A DNA stretch of 64,000 bases. Source: Eledone cirrhosa (taxonomy: Eukaryota). Both the position numbers and the translations under genes were made by a program. The notes beneath the pieces are model-generated. The model worked only from the letters and a program-made list of their open reading frames with translations, was not told where the DNA came from and did not search any database. This document shows, piece by piece, positions 1 to 12,386 of the stretch. The stretch covers positions 5,084,001 through 5,148,000 of the forward strand of contig OZ024763.1 in assembly GCA_964016885.1 (NCBI GenBank), read 5' to 3'. The first letter of the stretch is position 1. Each line of letters begins with the position of its first letter.

Positions 1-9
1 TCACGACAT

Positions 10-80
10 CTTTTTAGCCCACTTATACCCGAGAGGGTCGAGGGGGCAGAGTCCTCAAACCAGCGGGTCCTGTCACAAGC
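10..80 (-). mobile_element. 3' end fragment of an RTE-1/Expander-like LINE
   Basis: cccacttatacccgagagggtcgagggggcagagtcctcaaac resembles the 3' ends at 2298-2432, 63121-63378 and (opposite strand) 19250-19345 and 25733-25892. Confidence 0.5.
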
Positions 81-157
81 AACCGGGGTCGATTTAATCA
101 ACTTCCCCTCCCCACAAAGTTGTTGGTCTTATGCCTAAATCAGAAATTATTATTGTA

Positions 158-378
158 ATGGCGGTGAACTGGCAGTAATCGGTAGAGCGTCTGACATCAT
201 GCTTTATGGTATATAGTTACGTCCCTTTATGTTCTGAGTTCAAATCCTGCCATGGTTAGCTTTGCCTTTCATCCTTATGGAGTCGATAAAATAAAGTACC
301 AGTTACACACTGGGGTCGATTTAATCGACTTTCCTCTCCTTTAAAATTGTTGGCCTTCTGCCCTAAATCGGAAACCCT
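158..378 (+). mobile_element. tRNA-derived SINE, family A, near full length
   Basis: A-box TGGCAGTAATCGG, B-box GAGTTCAAATCC, central motif ctttgcctttcatcctt..gtcgataaaataaagtaccag repeated many times in the window. A further tail fragment lies at 84-155. Confidence 0.85.
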
Positions 379-619
379 TATAAAACATGACCTAAAGAAT
401 ACAAAATTATTCAGGGTCTTAAATATTAATTGTTTGTTTATTGTTATCTTTCCACTTGTTCCCTTAAAGATGTCAAGGGAGGGGACATAAAAGGGGCAGA
501 AAAGGGGCTGTTTGTTCTCCAGTGAGTGTTTGGAAGGTCTTTCTAAGCATGGTGCCAGATATTAAGAAGAAAAAGGAATGTGGAAACAAAGAGAGTGTGT
601 GTGGGGGGGGGGGGGGGCA

Positions 620-782
620 GAACACGGGTTTGAGGACGAATAAGGGTGTGTGAAGGATCTGGGGTGAGGGAGGAGAACGAACAAGGGTTTGTGAGGGATC
701 TGGGGTGGAGGAGGAGAACGAACAAGGGTTTGTGAGGGATCTGGGGTGGGGGAGGAGAACGAACAAGGGTTTGTGAGGGATT
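620..782. repeat. about 42-bp minisatellite, about 4 copies, followed by a GA-rich tract to about 1000
   Basis: unit gaacgaacaagggtttgtgagggatctggggtgg.ggagga. Confidence 0.8.
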
Positions 783-1423
783 TGGAAAAACGAAAGAAGA
801 AAAATGGAAGAAGAAAAAGGGAAAAAAATGGAGGAAGAAAAATGAAAGAAAAAGGAAAGAAGAAAAGGGAAAGAAGAAAAAGGACAGAAGAAAAATGTAA
901 GAAAACGAAAGAGGAAAAATGAAAGATGAAAAAGGAAAGAAAAAGGAAAAAAGAAAAAGGAAAGAGGAAAAATGAAAGAAGAAAAATGAAAGAAAGACAA
1001 GCTAGCCAAAATGGAAGTGAGGAAAGAGTGAATGAAGAAGAGTGTAAAGTTATCAGACTTTATGCTTGCGTTGGTTTGGTGAAATAACTTCTTGTTGGTT
1101 TTGGTCGAAGTCGAATGTGATGTAGAAGTAAACTCGAATAATAAATGTTTCAGTGATGATGTCTGTTGATGGTTGATGTAACTTGAAACTAGGAAGGTTT
1201 AGAAGAGGCCGAAAAAAACAAGAAAAAAAAGCAGCAACAAAAAGCACAGAAGCTAAAGTAAAACTAAAGCTAAAGCAACCTTTGTCAGCGTGACATAAAA
1301 ACTTGTCTAGAATTAATTGATGGAGAGGAGGAACGCTAAGAAAGTTAAGAGTTAAGAAGAGTTAGGGTTGCATTAGAAGATTTCGTCCTAGACAACAGGA
1401 TGTCAAAATGGATAAGTAAAAAA

Positions 1424-1559
1424 AAAAAAAAAAAAATGGGGTGGTATGCTAAATACACGTGTGTGTGTATGTGTATATGTATATATATACATGTATATAT
1501 ATACATATACACATACACACACACGTGTATTTAGCATACCACCCCATTTTTTTTTTTTT
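1424..1559. repeat. perfect palindrome of about 136 bp
   Basis: A13-tggggtggtatgctaaatacacgtg...catg...cacgtgtatttagcataccacccca-T13, centre at 1491/1492. Confidence 0.9.
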
Positions 1560-2297
1560 ATATATACATGTATATATATACATGTATATATATACATGTA
1601 TATATATACAGAGAGAGAGAATGAGACAAAGAGAGACAAAGAGAGAAAGAGAGAGCGAGAGACAGATACACAGAGAGAGAGAGGGAAGAGAGAGAGAGAG
1701 GGAGAGAGAGGGTCAGTACTAACACACAGACATAAGTATTTTAATTAATCAAGACGTTTTTACCGAAGCAAGAGTTTTTTTTCGTACTCAGTAAATTAAT
1801 GATAAAATAATTTTGAAACTGATGCATAATAATTTACACAATTTGGCAAGACAAGATAAAGATAATGACTTAAGGAAATTACCCTGGGACGCCATCTTAA
1901 ACACGTAACAAGTCCAGAGTTATCCTGTGTTTGCCAAATATGATTATAAAATTATGATTATAAAATCTACCAAAGCCCCTTGGTACTAACGCTGTCTTCC
2001 TGCCACCGCCTGAGTAATTCTACGGTTAAATAACGGTTCTATAACAGAGGATTTCAGAGTTGTCACCTCATATTTTAAATACGAGCCTTCGTTTTCTCAA
2101 TCTATCAGAAAACGAAGCCCCATATTTACAACACATCAGTCCTCTCCGTTCTCCTCTATGGAACAGAAACGTAGCCCACTCACAAAGACCCTGGCAAAGA
2201 AAATAGACAGTTTCGATAGTAGAGCACATATTGAATTTACTTTAAACCATTTGATATCAAACCACCAGAAATCGTCCTTTGTTCAATGATACAGAGT

Positions 2298-2432
2298 TTC
2301 TTCTTCTTTGCCCACTTATTCCTGGGAAGGTCGTAAGGGGGGGGGGGGGCTCAAACACTCCTTCCAGTAGATCCTGTCAGAAGAAACCGTCTCCAATTGA
2401 TCCCCAAGCCGGACCAGCCAAGATCATGGATT
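2298..2432 (-). mobile_element. 3' end fragment of an RTE-1/Expander-like LINE
   Basis: similar to 63121-63378, with a short (CTT)n tail on the plus strand. Confidence 0.6.
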
Positions 2433-3033
2433 TCATTAGAAATATGGTAATGAAAGGGTTAATGACATAGACAGTGTCTTTCATTGAAAATATGGTAATG
2501 AAAGGATTAAAGACATAGGTAGTGTCTTTCATTGAACATATGGTAATGAAAGAGTTAAAGACATAGACAGTGTCTTTCATTGAAAATATGGTAATGAAAG
2601 GATTAAAGACATAGGTAGTGTCTTTCATTAGAAATATGGTAATGAAAGGATTAAAGACATAAGTAGTGTCTTTCATTAGAAATATGGTAATGAAAGAGTT
2701 AAAGACATAGACAGTGTCTTTCATTAGAAATATGGTAATGAAAGGGCTAATGACATAGACAGGGTCTTTCATTAGAAATATGGTAATGAAAGGGTTAAAT
2801 ACATAGGTAGTGTCTTTCAATGAAAATATGGTAATGAAAGGGTTAATAACATAGACAGTGTCTTTCATTGAAAATATGGTAATGAAAGGGTTAATAGACA
2901 GTGTCTTTCATTGAAAATATGGTAATGAAAGGGTTAATGACATAGACAGTGTCTTTCATTGAAAATATGGTAATGAAAGGGTTAATGACAGAGACAGTGC
3001 CTTTCATTAGAAATATGGTAATGAAAGGGTTAA
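2430..3033. repeat. 48-bp minisatellite, about 12.5 copies, from a piggyBac-like MITE end
   Basis: unit tctttcattagaaatatggtaatgaaagggttaatgacatagacagtg. Ends in AAAGGGTTAA (reverse complement TTAA-CCCTTT). Possible degenerate left end at 2242. Confidence 0.85.
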
Positions 3034-3283
3034 GCAGTATTCACCACATGCTCAGATGATTCTGTATATATGATGACATTTATTATATTTCCAAAGCTAT
3101 TTGTTTAGTATACGTGTGACATGTTTCTGAGAAACACACCCTACTGTTTCACCATGTTGGCACCAGGAAATGGTAAACATGTCCAATATTAATCACTTCC
3201 TTATTCAAATAATCGTCACCAATTCCAGTTTCTATGATGTCATCTGAACACTTCCTTAATTGAACAGCAGTTATATATCTTGA

Positions 3284-3405
3284 ATTACGGGTGTGGGCTG
3301 AAATGTTCATTGGTTGACTATGAAGGAGTGATGCTAGAACTGTGAAATCTTGCAGACATTTGGTCATTCTATGAGAGTATGTTGGTCAGCCTATGAACTT
3401 CCCTC

Positions 3406-3408
<3 letters not shown>
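3284..3408. mobile_element. mariner-like MITE, internally deleted
   Basis: TA-flanked, right end cagcctatgaacttccctcgTA, internal gaaggagtgatgctagaactgtgaaatcttgca shared with other copies. Confidence 0.65.
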
Positions 3409-3455
<47 letters not shown>

Positions 3456-3589
3456 TTATTCAGGTTTGAGGTTCACCACTGGATAGAGCTGGTCAATTCC
3501 GTATGGTCAATCGCAATGTAATAATATAGAGAGTACTTGATTTTCAGCCCCATGGATTTTATCTATTACATTCACTTATTATACTTCGA

Positions 3590-3647
3590 ATACCTGATGA
3601 TATCACCGGATTCATACGGAACCCGGTCATTGAAATGATCATAGTAT
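3590..3647 (+). ncRNA. minimal type I hammerhead ribozyme motif
   Basis: ATAC-CTGATGA-[atcaccggattc atac ggaacccggtcat]-GAAA-TGATCA-TA-GTAT. Stem I is ATAC/GTAT and stem III is palindromic. Confidence 0.7.
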
Positions 3648-3707
3648 AATAAACCTTTCAAGGATTTACACAAATCCAGCCTCCTGTCATTTCATTATTA
3701 TATATAC

Positions 3708-4050
3708 GGCCATGCCATTCTGAGTTCAAATCCCGCCGAGGTTAACTTTGCCTTTCATCCTTACGGGGTCGATAAAATAAAGTACCAGTAATGCTCTGGG
3801 TAATTTCTGGCCTTGTGCCAAACGTAGAAACAATTATTATATATATATGTATGTATATAAGGGCGGTGGATTGGCAATATCGGTAGAGGGTTTGACGCCA
3901 TGCTTTCCAGCATGGTTACGTCCCTTTATAATCTGAGTTCAAATCCCGCCGAGGTTGACTTTGCCTTTCATCCTTACGGGGTCGATAAAATAAAGTACCA
4001 GTAATGCACTGGGTAATTGCTGGCCTTGTGCCTAAAGTAGAAACAATTAT
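3708..4050 (+). mobile_element. two tandem family A SINE copies (3708-3838 5'-truncated, 3860-4050 full length)
   Basis: B-box, central motif and tail ggccttgtgcc..agtagaaacaattatt. Confidence 0.85.
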
Positions 4051-4259
4051 ATATATATATGTATGTATATATATACATTAACAGAGAAAGCTTTAAGCAA
4101 TACTCCGACCGGCTTCCGTCTCACTCAACAAACATTAGGATATACCTTAGTATAATCCCAATTATACGTTTGGGGTGCTAACTATACGTATTTTGCGGAT
4201 AGCCAGTTGTATTATTTTATATGAGACATAATTAAATACATCTCTATGTTTATATCTAT

Positions 4260-4601
4260 CTAAGGCGGGTAAAATTCCCGAGATCCATGGACGAGTTCTC
4301 TCCAGCGGTCTCTGTCCCTCATTATCGCTGCCATATCCTGCATCTCCAACAGACCAGTGTCTGTCCTTAGGGCATCAACATATGTTAACCTTGGTCTTCC
4401 TCTTCTAGTGTGTCCATGTAGGGGCTCCCAAAGGAGCACTGAGTGCAATGTCAACTCTGGATGTCGGTGAGCATGTCCAGCCAACCTCAGTCTCCTCTGT
4501 GTCACTTTTGAGCTGACTTTTGGGATGCTCCCATACAGCTCTGAGTTTTTCATCCTCAGTGTATACTGATTAATGTTCAGAGCCATCCTCAGCATTCTCG
4601 T
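4260..4601 (-). mobile_element. 5'-truncated RTE-clade LINE, C-terminal coding fragment
   Basis: RRLRLAGHAHRH..LLWEP..RRGRPRLTYVD..MRDRDRWR. Near-identical to 54429-54770. Confidence 0.9.
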
Positions 4602-4798
4602 ATATGTATATATATGTATGTTATATGTATATATATGTATATGTATATATATGTATGTTATATTGAAATGAACTTACACCGTGAATTCCTTGATGGAGCC
4701 GGCTCAACCCACCCCAGGGAAACGCCGCCACAAGTACAAGTAGTAAATATATATGAATCTATATTAAATATATATGAGGGAGTGGTACACACAGACAT

Positions 4799-4829
<31 letters not shown>

Positions 4830-4969
4830 CACACACACACACACACACACACGCACACACACACACACACACACGCACACAGACACACACAGACACACAC
4901 ACACACGCACACACACGCGCGCACACACACACGCACAAACGCACACACACACACACACACGCACACACA

Positions 4970-5008
<39 letters not shown>

Positions 5009-5456
5009 GAAAGGCCGTTTTATTTGAAATAAATAAACATACAAATGTATTATTTGGTATAAACAACCAACGCCGCAATTTACAAAATATTTCGACGAAA
5101 TACTTTTCGTCAAAGAAAAGAAAACAAATATCTTAAAAACCTTCCTGTGTTGTAGTGAAAGAAGGGGTCTAACTATTCATATCCATATCCGATACTGATT
5201 CCTCTCTTAAAACAGGATGTTGATATTGACTTGGCCAATTCCGTCAGAGACATTGTACCAGATATGACCTTTTCATATGATTACACTCATTTATAACAAA
5301 GTAAAACACACACACACACGTACACACATACATACATACATACAGACACACATATATACATACATAAATACATGTACGTATACATACATACATACACACA
5401 TACGCATGCACACATATGTATACATACACACATGCATACATGCATACATACGCCTG

Positions 5457-5534
<78 letters not shown>

Positions 5535-5672
5535 AGTAGTAACACAACAAATAGTTCACCATACCGAGAACAATTGATTCACCTTATGCGGATCTTCTAC
5601 CAAACTCGTCCCAGGGACTGAGTGCTCTACCACTACGGATATTACCTTCCAGTGTTCTACCTAGAAGATTAT

Positions 5673-5812
5673 ATTAATAAAAGGAATTCCAACTTTGTCT
5701 GATTTACTCGTTTTATTTACAATCCTTTAAAATTTATAATGGTATTAGAATGAAAGGATTGTAAATAAATAAAATGAGTAAATCAGACACAGTTGGAATT
5801 CCTTTTATTAAT
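5673..5812. repeat. inverted repeat, arms about 55 bp with a short spacer
   Basis: tattaataaaaggaattccaact.tgtctgatttactc / gagtaaatcagaca.agttggaattccttttattaata. Confidence 0.85.
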
Positions 5813-5884
5813 ACATATATATATACACACAAAGGCGCATGCATACATACACACACGAACCATATTATATATACATACATATCA

Positions 5885-6410
5885 ATGGTGGTGTAATGTC
5901 GGATAGAATGCTTTGTAGTATTTGTTCCGGCTTTCTGCTGCTCAGTCAGTTCAAATCTTGTCGAAGTCAATTTTATCTTTCATCCATTTCGAGGTCAATA
6001 AAAAAAAGTATCAGTCAAGTATTGGTGTCGATTCTTCCATTATATATCTCTTACTTTCTACCCTTCTCTAGAAGAAATCTGCTTTATTCAGACCTGGAGA
6101 GCTGATGGGTTCCGCCAGGTCTAAAAAGGAATTGCTTAAGAAACGCCGTATGTCTATATGGTGTCTCGACGACTCCATCAGGAGTTACACGACCATACCT
6201 TACCATTAAGAATCGATAAAACCTCACCAGTCAAGGACAATGGTCGAGTCTTCCTCTATATTTCTTTCTCATTCTTTATCCTGGAAGAAGGAGATTTGTT
6301 GTACTCAGAGGCCTAGAGGGGAGATGGTCTCCATCAGGGATTTTTTTAAAATGCCATAGAAATGCCGTATCTCAATATGGCGCCCCTGCGAATCCCCCGG
6401 GAGTTATGGG
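5885..6410 (+). mobile_element. diverged family A SINE with an alternative 3' module present twice
   Basis: module ...gaagaaatctgct..ttcagacctggagag..gatggg..gccaggt..aaacgccgtatgtc recurs at about 6240-6410 and 25465-25690. Confidence 0.55.
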
Positions 6411-6849
6411 ACATATAAAAAAAAAATAGAATGTTGAAAGATGGTCAAAGTCCGATTAGGAGCCAATGGTAAAGTTGGAATTTAACAGTGTCTCCTTACA
6501 TTTTAGTTTTGTTGTTTATACAAATTGCAGTACAAAATCTCGTAAACAAACTATTACCACTTGTGAACTTTATCTCCACATGTACAACAAAAATACAACA
6601 ACAAAAATGCCCACCAGAATTTCACTTTATCTTCGTTTGTAAATATTCTTTTCCGTTGGCAGAGAGAAAGGAAGGTTTAAATAAATAGAATCTGTCTTCC
6701 ATTTCTAGAGATCAGACAGAAATATTTCCCTATTTCGTTTTCCCATATTTTCATTTAGGTTTATCAAGAATTTGAGCCGTTATTTACTGCCACTTTGAAA
6801 TCAAACTTCGATAAAAGTTTCGAGATAAGTATCTCTCTCTCTCTCTCTC

Positions 6850-6906
<57 letters not shown>

Positions 6907-7122
6907 AATATTTTCAGAGTGAGCTCAATCTGTTTATGCAATATTGAAGACAGAGACACACATGTGTGTATATATATATATATATGTGTGTACACACACA
7001 TATACATGCCTATATACACCAACAAAGGGGTCCATTGAAAGTGGAATTAAATTATTTATACGAGCAAGGGTTTTACTTTCAGGCCATAATCTACAATACT
7101 TAAATATCTTCCCTGCTGTGTG

Positions 7123-7169
7123 TTAGGGTTAGGGTTAGGGTTAGGGTTAGGGTTAGGGTTAGGGTTAGG
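7123..7169 (+). repeat. interstitial (TTAGGG)n, about 8 units
   Basis: direct reading. Confidence 0.95.
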
Positions 7170-7310
7170 TGTGTAGTGCTTAGACAGAACACCGATAATG
7201 GTTACACGTAAGAGGATACAACAAACGGGTCTTTTCAGAAAGTTCCTCAGTTATTTAGCTACACAGCCCTTCAAGTCACTTAATCACAAATACCCACTTC
7301 ATTATAGGTC

Positions 7311-7363
<53 letters not shown>

Positions 7364-7427
7364 CAGAAATAGTAGTAATAGTACCTCGACGGGTTTTGAA
7401 CTCAGACCGCAGAGTGCCGAAACGAAT

Positions 7428-7597
7428 AACGAATATATGTATATAACGAATATATGTATATAACGAATATATGTATATAACGAATATATGTATATAACGA
7501 ATATATGTATATAACGAATATATGTATATAACGAATATATGTATATAACGAATATATGTATATAACGAATATATGTATATAACGAATATATGTATAT
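7428..7597. repeat. 17-bp minisatellite, about 10 copies
   Basis: unit aacgaatatatgtatat. Confidence 0.95.
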
Positions 7598-7973
7598 ATT
7601 CAAATCAACAAACAGCGAAAGACGCGTTCCGAGTTGTCCGACAGACAACCTTTTCCCCCACCCCGGAAAAAACCCCAGTTGATGGATGTGAATCCGAAAT
7701 ATATAGGGACTATTAAATCTCTCCCAAGGTAACTCTCTCTCTTGTGTTGTTATTATTATTTTTATTCTTTTACTCTTCCCTTCATTCTACACATCTCACA
7801 CATCTTATACACACCACGCATCTCAACGTACACCCACTCACATATCTCTCTCTCCACCACCGGACCTTGTTACCCGGAGATTTACCCATTTGCATTGTCG
7901 AGGCTTCCAAACGACTTATAAATATTTACTTATTGTTCCACAATGCTTCAAGCAAACTTCAATACTCTCTTAA

Positions 7974-8024
<51 letters not shown>

Positions 8025-8630
8025 TTAAAATAACAGATTAAAGTTTAAGCAAAGAATCGAGCCCTCTTTGGATTTTAGTCTTCAAATTTATTATTATTAC
8101 TATATATATATATAAAGAAAAACGATAAATCTTCTTTTACATATATAAAGTACTGAATCATATATTATATACATATATATCCAACATTTTAACAAGTCTG
8201 CCAGTTTACCGTCTCTGTTGTAATTTACAGCCACGCCTAATTTACCTGTCTTAGGAAACGGGGGAATAAAACCACCAGTCTGTTTTTCAGTTGGGTTTTG
8301 ATTGTATATTGCATTTCAAGATTGAAGGATGGTTTCGTTGAATGTTCATGTCTTTCTTTGAAATTGTTTATGGTAGTATTTCTAGCAAAGTATTAAATAA
8401 TTATATCCCTCTAATGAGTGAACATATTTCTGCCTAAACTGAAATTACTGGCACGAAATCCTTAGGAGAAGTCACGGTAGGATTTCTAGCAAAGAATGAA
8501 ATAAATACTCTGGTTATATACATTTGTGCCTCAAGTCCCATGGTTGATATCCAACTTTAAAGAGCCGGGTTATTTTCTAAGGATTTTTATGGAAATTTGA
8601 GTTTTTTTGTCTTTGATGAATAATTCCACA

Positions 8631-8760
8631 TATGAGGGTGGGGTGAAAATATCATAGGCTGACTACGAAGAAGGAGTGATTTTAGAGCTGTGAAATCTTG
8701 CATACATTAATTTCAACTCTTCTTATTAATAATTTCATTGTTTCTCTCCAGGTAAACTGA
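8631..8760. mobile_element. mariner-like MITE fragment
   Basis: TAtgagggtggggtgaaaatatcataggctgact.. similar to 31794 and 59755. Confidence 0.6.
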
Positions 8761-9751
8761 TATCTGACTTTTCAAAGAAGACTTTTCAAATGTAAATATT
8801 AGTGATTTCTCTTGAAAGTGGACACAATTTGACATGGTGGTGTTATCTACCTGCGGGAAAAAAGATTTAGTCCCAAGGACATTCATGCTGACAAAGTTAT
8901 ATCCGTGGACTCTGGGTGACCATATTTCCCCACGAAGAGAAATTACTGACCCAAACCTAAGAAGATGGCTAAGCAGGATTCCTAGCAAAGATTTAAATAA
9001 ATATATCAAAGAACTTTTGGCGAACATATTTCCCCCCTAAACAGAAATTACAGACCCAAACCTAAGAAGATGGTATGCTAGTATTTCGGGCAACGTATCA
9101 AATAAATAAATTATATCCAGGTATTCTGTGTGTGTATATTCCCCCTAAATAGAAACTACAGACCCTAAAATATATCCTAAGAATATATCATCGTTGCAAA
9201 GGGATATTGATAATATCCTACTACGTCTTTCGTTTTCCTGTTTATATTTTCAGTGAGGTGACAGGTTGAAATGATTGATGCCTCTCACTCGCATTACTTT
9301 CTCCCTATCTGGTTAATTAACAGATAATTTATTAGTTCAGTGACGTCTCAACGTATTTAAATTAATGTAAGTGAAGAATTATTTCCAGGAATGTGGCAGA
9401 TATGAATCGCACCAATTATATTACAAGGCTCACAAAGTACCGTATATATTCGAATATAAGCCGACCTCTAGTTTATGACAGAGAAATGGGCAAAGATCCA
9501 AGCCCCAGGCAGGTAATCAACACATCATGTTTAGATGGCAGGGTTTTAATATTCTTGTGAAGTTTTAATATTTTGATATTGAAATCGTGTTGTTCAGAGA
9601 ATAAGTTTTGTTTCACATCGAACTTGGTGTCCAGGTTCTACATGTGTGGTACATTAACTCAAGAAGAAGAACCACCTATATCATAGGTATAGTAGCTTGA
9701 AAACAGTTATCTATCATCCAGTTAATGTACCTCACATGTAGTACCTGAAAA

Positions 9752-10066
9752 CAAAGTCTTCGATGGGGATTCTACAACCGTCGTGGTGGGCTTGGCGGGG
9801 AGTGAACCTCCAAAAACAAGGACTCAAGTTAACCACCCAAAACAAGGACTCAAGTCTTCGATGGTGATTCTACAACCATCATGATGCGCTTGGCAGGGAG
9901 TGAACCGCCCAAAACAAGGACTCAAGTCTTCGATGGTGATTCTACAACCATCATGATGTGCTTGGCAGGGAGTGAACCGCCCAAAACAAGGACTTAAGTC
10001 TTCGATGGTGATTCTACAACCATCATGATGCGCTTGGCAGGGAGTGAACCGCCCAAAACAAGGGCT
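9752..10066. repeat. 72-bp minisatellite, 3-4 copies
   Basis: unit caaaacaaggactcaagtcttcgatggtgattctacaaccatcatgatgcgcttggcagggagtgaaccgcc. Confidence 0.9.
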
Positions 10067-10398
10067 CATGCCCACAGTCACTAAAGGCCACACATTAAAC
10101 TTGTAAATAAATGTCAATAGATATTTACAGATAAAATGTCACAAAAGGTTTCTCTATAAATGTCAAAGAAATTCCCATTTGACTGTGAACATTTGTTTCG
10201 GCAATAAAAGCCGAATTATTAGAGTATTTTACACCAAAATTATCTGATACAACCATAAAAACTGTTTAGAGTTTTGCGTTTTAGAAATTTCACACAATTG
10301 CAAAAGCCAAAAAATGCGATAGATTTACATGTATATATATTATTATATTTATTATAAAAATAAACCAAAGAAGCCTTCAATACATCAAAAGTCTTTAT

Positions 10399-10440
10399 TA
10401 GCCAACAATGTTTCGTCCTGTTAAGGACTCATCAGGGCAA
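10399..10440 (-). ncRNA. minimal type I hammerhead ribozyme motif
   Basis: minus strand GCC-CTGATGA-GTCC ttaaca GGAC-GAAAC att GTT-GGC, with a perfect 4-bp stem II. Confidence 0.7.
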
Positions 10441-10638
10441 GTAAAGCTACAAGAAGCACTATCGACCAATACAAGCCAAAAACTCAGAAGAATATGGAGT
10501 ATACATCTATTAAAGCTTAGGAAAGATATCAAGGAAAATTTGGCTAAGATTAAGAGTGAGCAGTTACAAACATAGATATAGACCAAATAGCACGGAAGTG
10601 ATTAACATGTTGAACCCACATTTTAATTCTTCTTATAT

Positions 10639-10736
<98 letters not shown>

Positions 10737-10827
10737 TCACATATAGATACACAAATATATACATCCAATAATATATATATGTATGTAAATAATATGTATA
10801 TATATATATATATATATATACACACAA

Positions 10828-10863
<36 letters not shown>

Positions 10864-11368
10864 TTATACTCATACAAATAAATAAATATATAGATATTAT
10901 TTTTGATATTTAAATATAATTTAAATCTATTTTTAATTTCCCTTTAATCATGTGTTTCTATTCAATTTAAAATATAAGATTTAGTTAGAGAACATTCATC
11001 TACATTATGCCCTCTTGGTCATTCGTAGCTCCTTAACAACCGAGGCAACACCGGGTATTCTGTTAGTGTATATATATATATATTATATTATATTATATTA
11101 TATTTATATATATGCATATAAATATATACATATATATGGTTATATGCATATTTATATATACATATATATATATTTACATATATACACGTATGTATATATG
11201 CATATATACATATGCATATATATGTGCATGTATATAAATACACACACACACACACATATGTATATGTATATATATATATGCATATACCTATATATATACA
11301 AATATATCTATATCTATATATCTATATATACAAATATATATATATACCTATATATATAAATATATATA

Positions 11369-11403
<35 letters not shown>

Positions 11404-11405
11404 GA

Positions 11406-11437
<32 letters not shown>

Positions 11438-11445
11438 GTGTGTAT

Positions 11446-11477
<32 letters not shown>

Positions 11478-11516
11478 GTATATATGTATATGTATATATA
11501 TATATATGTACATATA

Positions 11517-11569
<53 letters not shown>

Positions 11570-11596
11570 ATGTATATATATATATATGTACATATA

Positions 11597-11645
<49 letters not shown>

Positions 11646-11672
11646 ATGTATATATATATATATGTACATATA

Positions 11673-11748
<76 letters not shown>

Positions 11749-12386
11749 CATATATTACTATCTCTGTCATGTATGTAATAGTTAAACGTAACAAAGAAAA
11801 ACAGCTAGATCAGCCTAAAGGCGAAGCCCATATCATTTTACAAGTGCCAACCTCTTCAAATGAGGCCCATTAATTGCTATATAAGGAAAAATCTAAAGCT
11901 AAAGTCTGTTATCTTAGTGAATATGAAATGTCATTCGATACTATGTTTACATGACAAAAATAAGATGTTCTGACTTCGATGTTAAGGAGACAAAAAAAAC
12001 CTTACAAAAATATAAAATAAAACTTTACTGCAATCAAACACCCACGTACTAAAACAAAGCGAAAACAAACTTTCAGAAATAATTCTTCTCTTTTCTGGTT
12101 TGTTACAAAACAATAAAACGCCATGAAATGTATAGAATTATGAAATCTCAGAATTTTACCATTCTTAAGTAAGTTGTTTTACTTGCTTTCTGGTTGGAAA
12201 AGAATCGTAATATCACCTTCTTCAGTGGCAGACTGGCCAAGTTGACAGGTTGCCCAATGGCAAGTGGACTCCAGCGAGCCCACGGTAGCATTGCAAGAGC
12301 CCACAGTAGCATTGCAGGGCCCACTGTAGTATTTTAGGGGCTAATGCGTTACTTTCAAAAAATACCTGAAGTCTAAGAGAAATAAT

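Noticed and set aside
1053-1247. 64-aa minus-strand ORF in unique sequence
   Set aside because: No recognisable domain or splice signals
2430-3033. CRISPR-like hairpin repeats (also 18330-19205 and 50690-51420)
   Set aside because: Units are contiguous with no unique spacers, there are no cas genes, and the context is eukaryotic
9439-9480. Tc2/pogo-like terminus TACCGTATATATTCGAATATAAGCCGA
   Set aside because: No partner inverted end found, so an element cannot be defined
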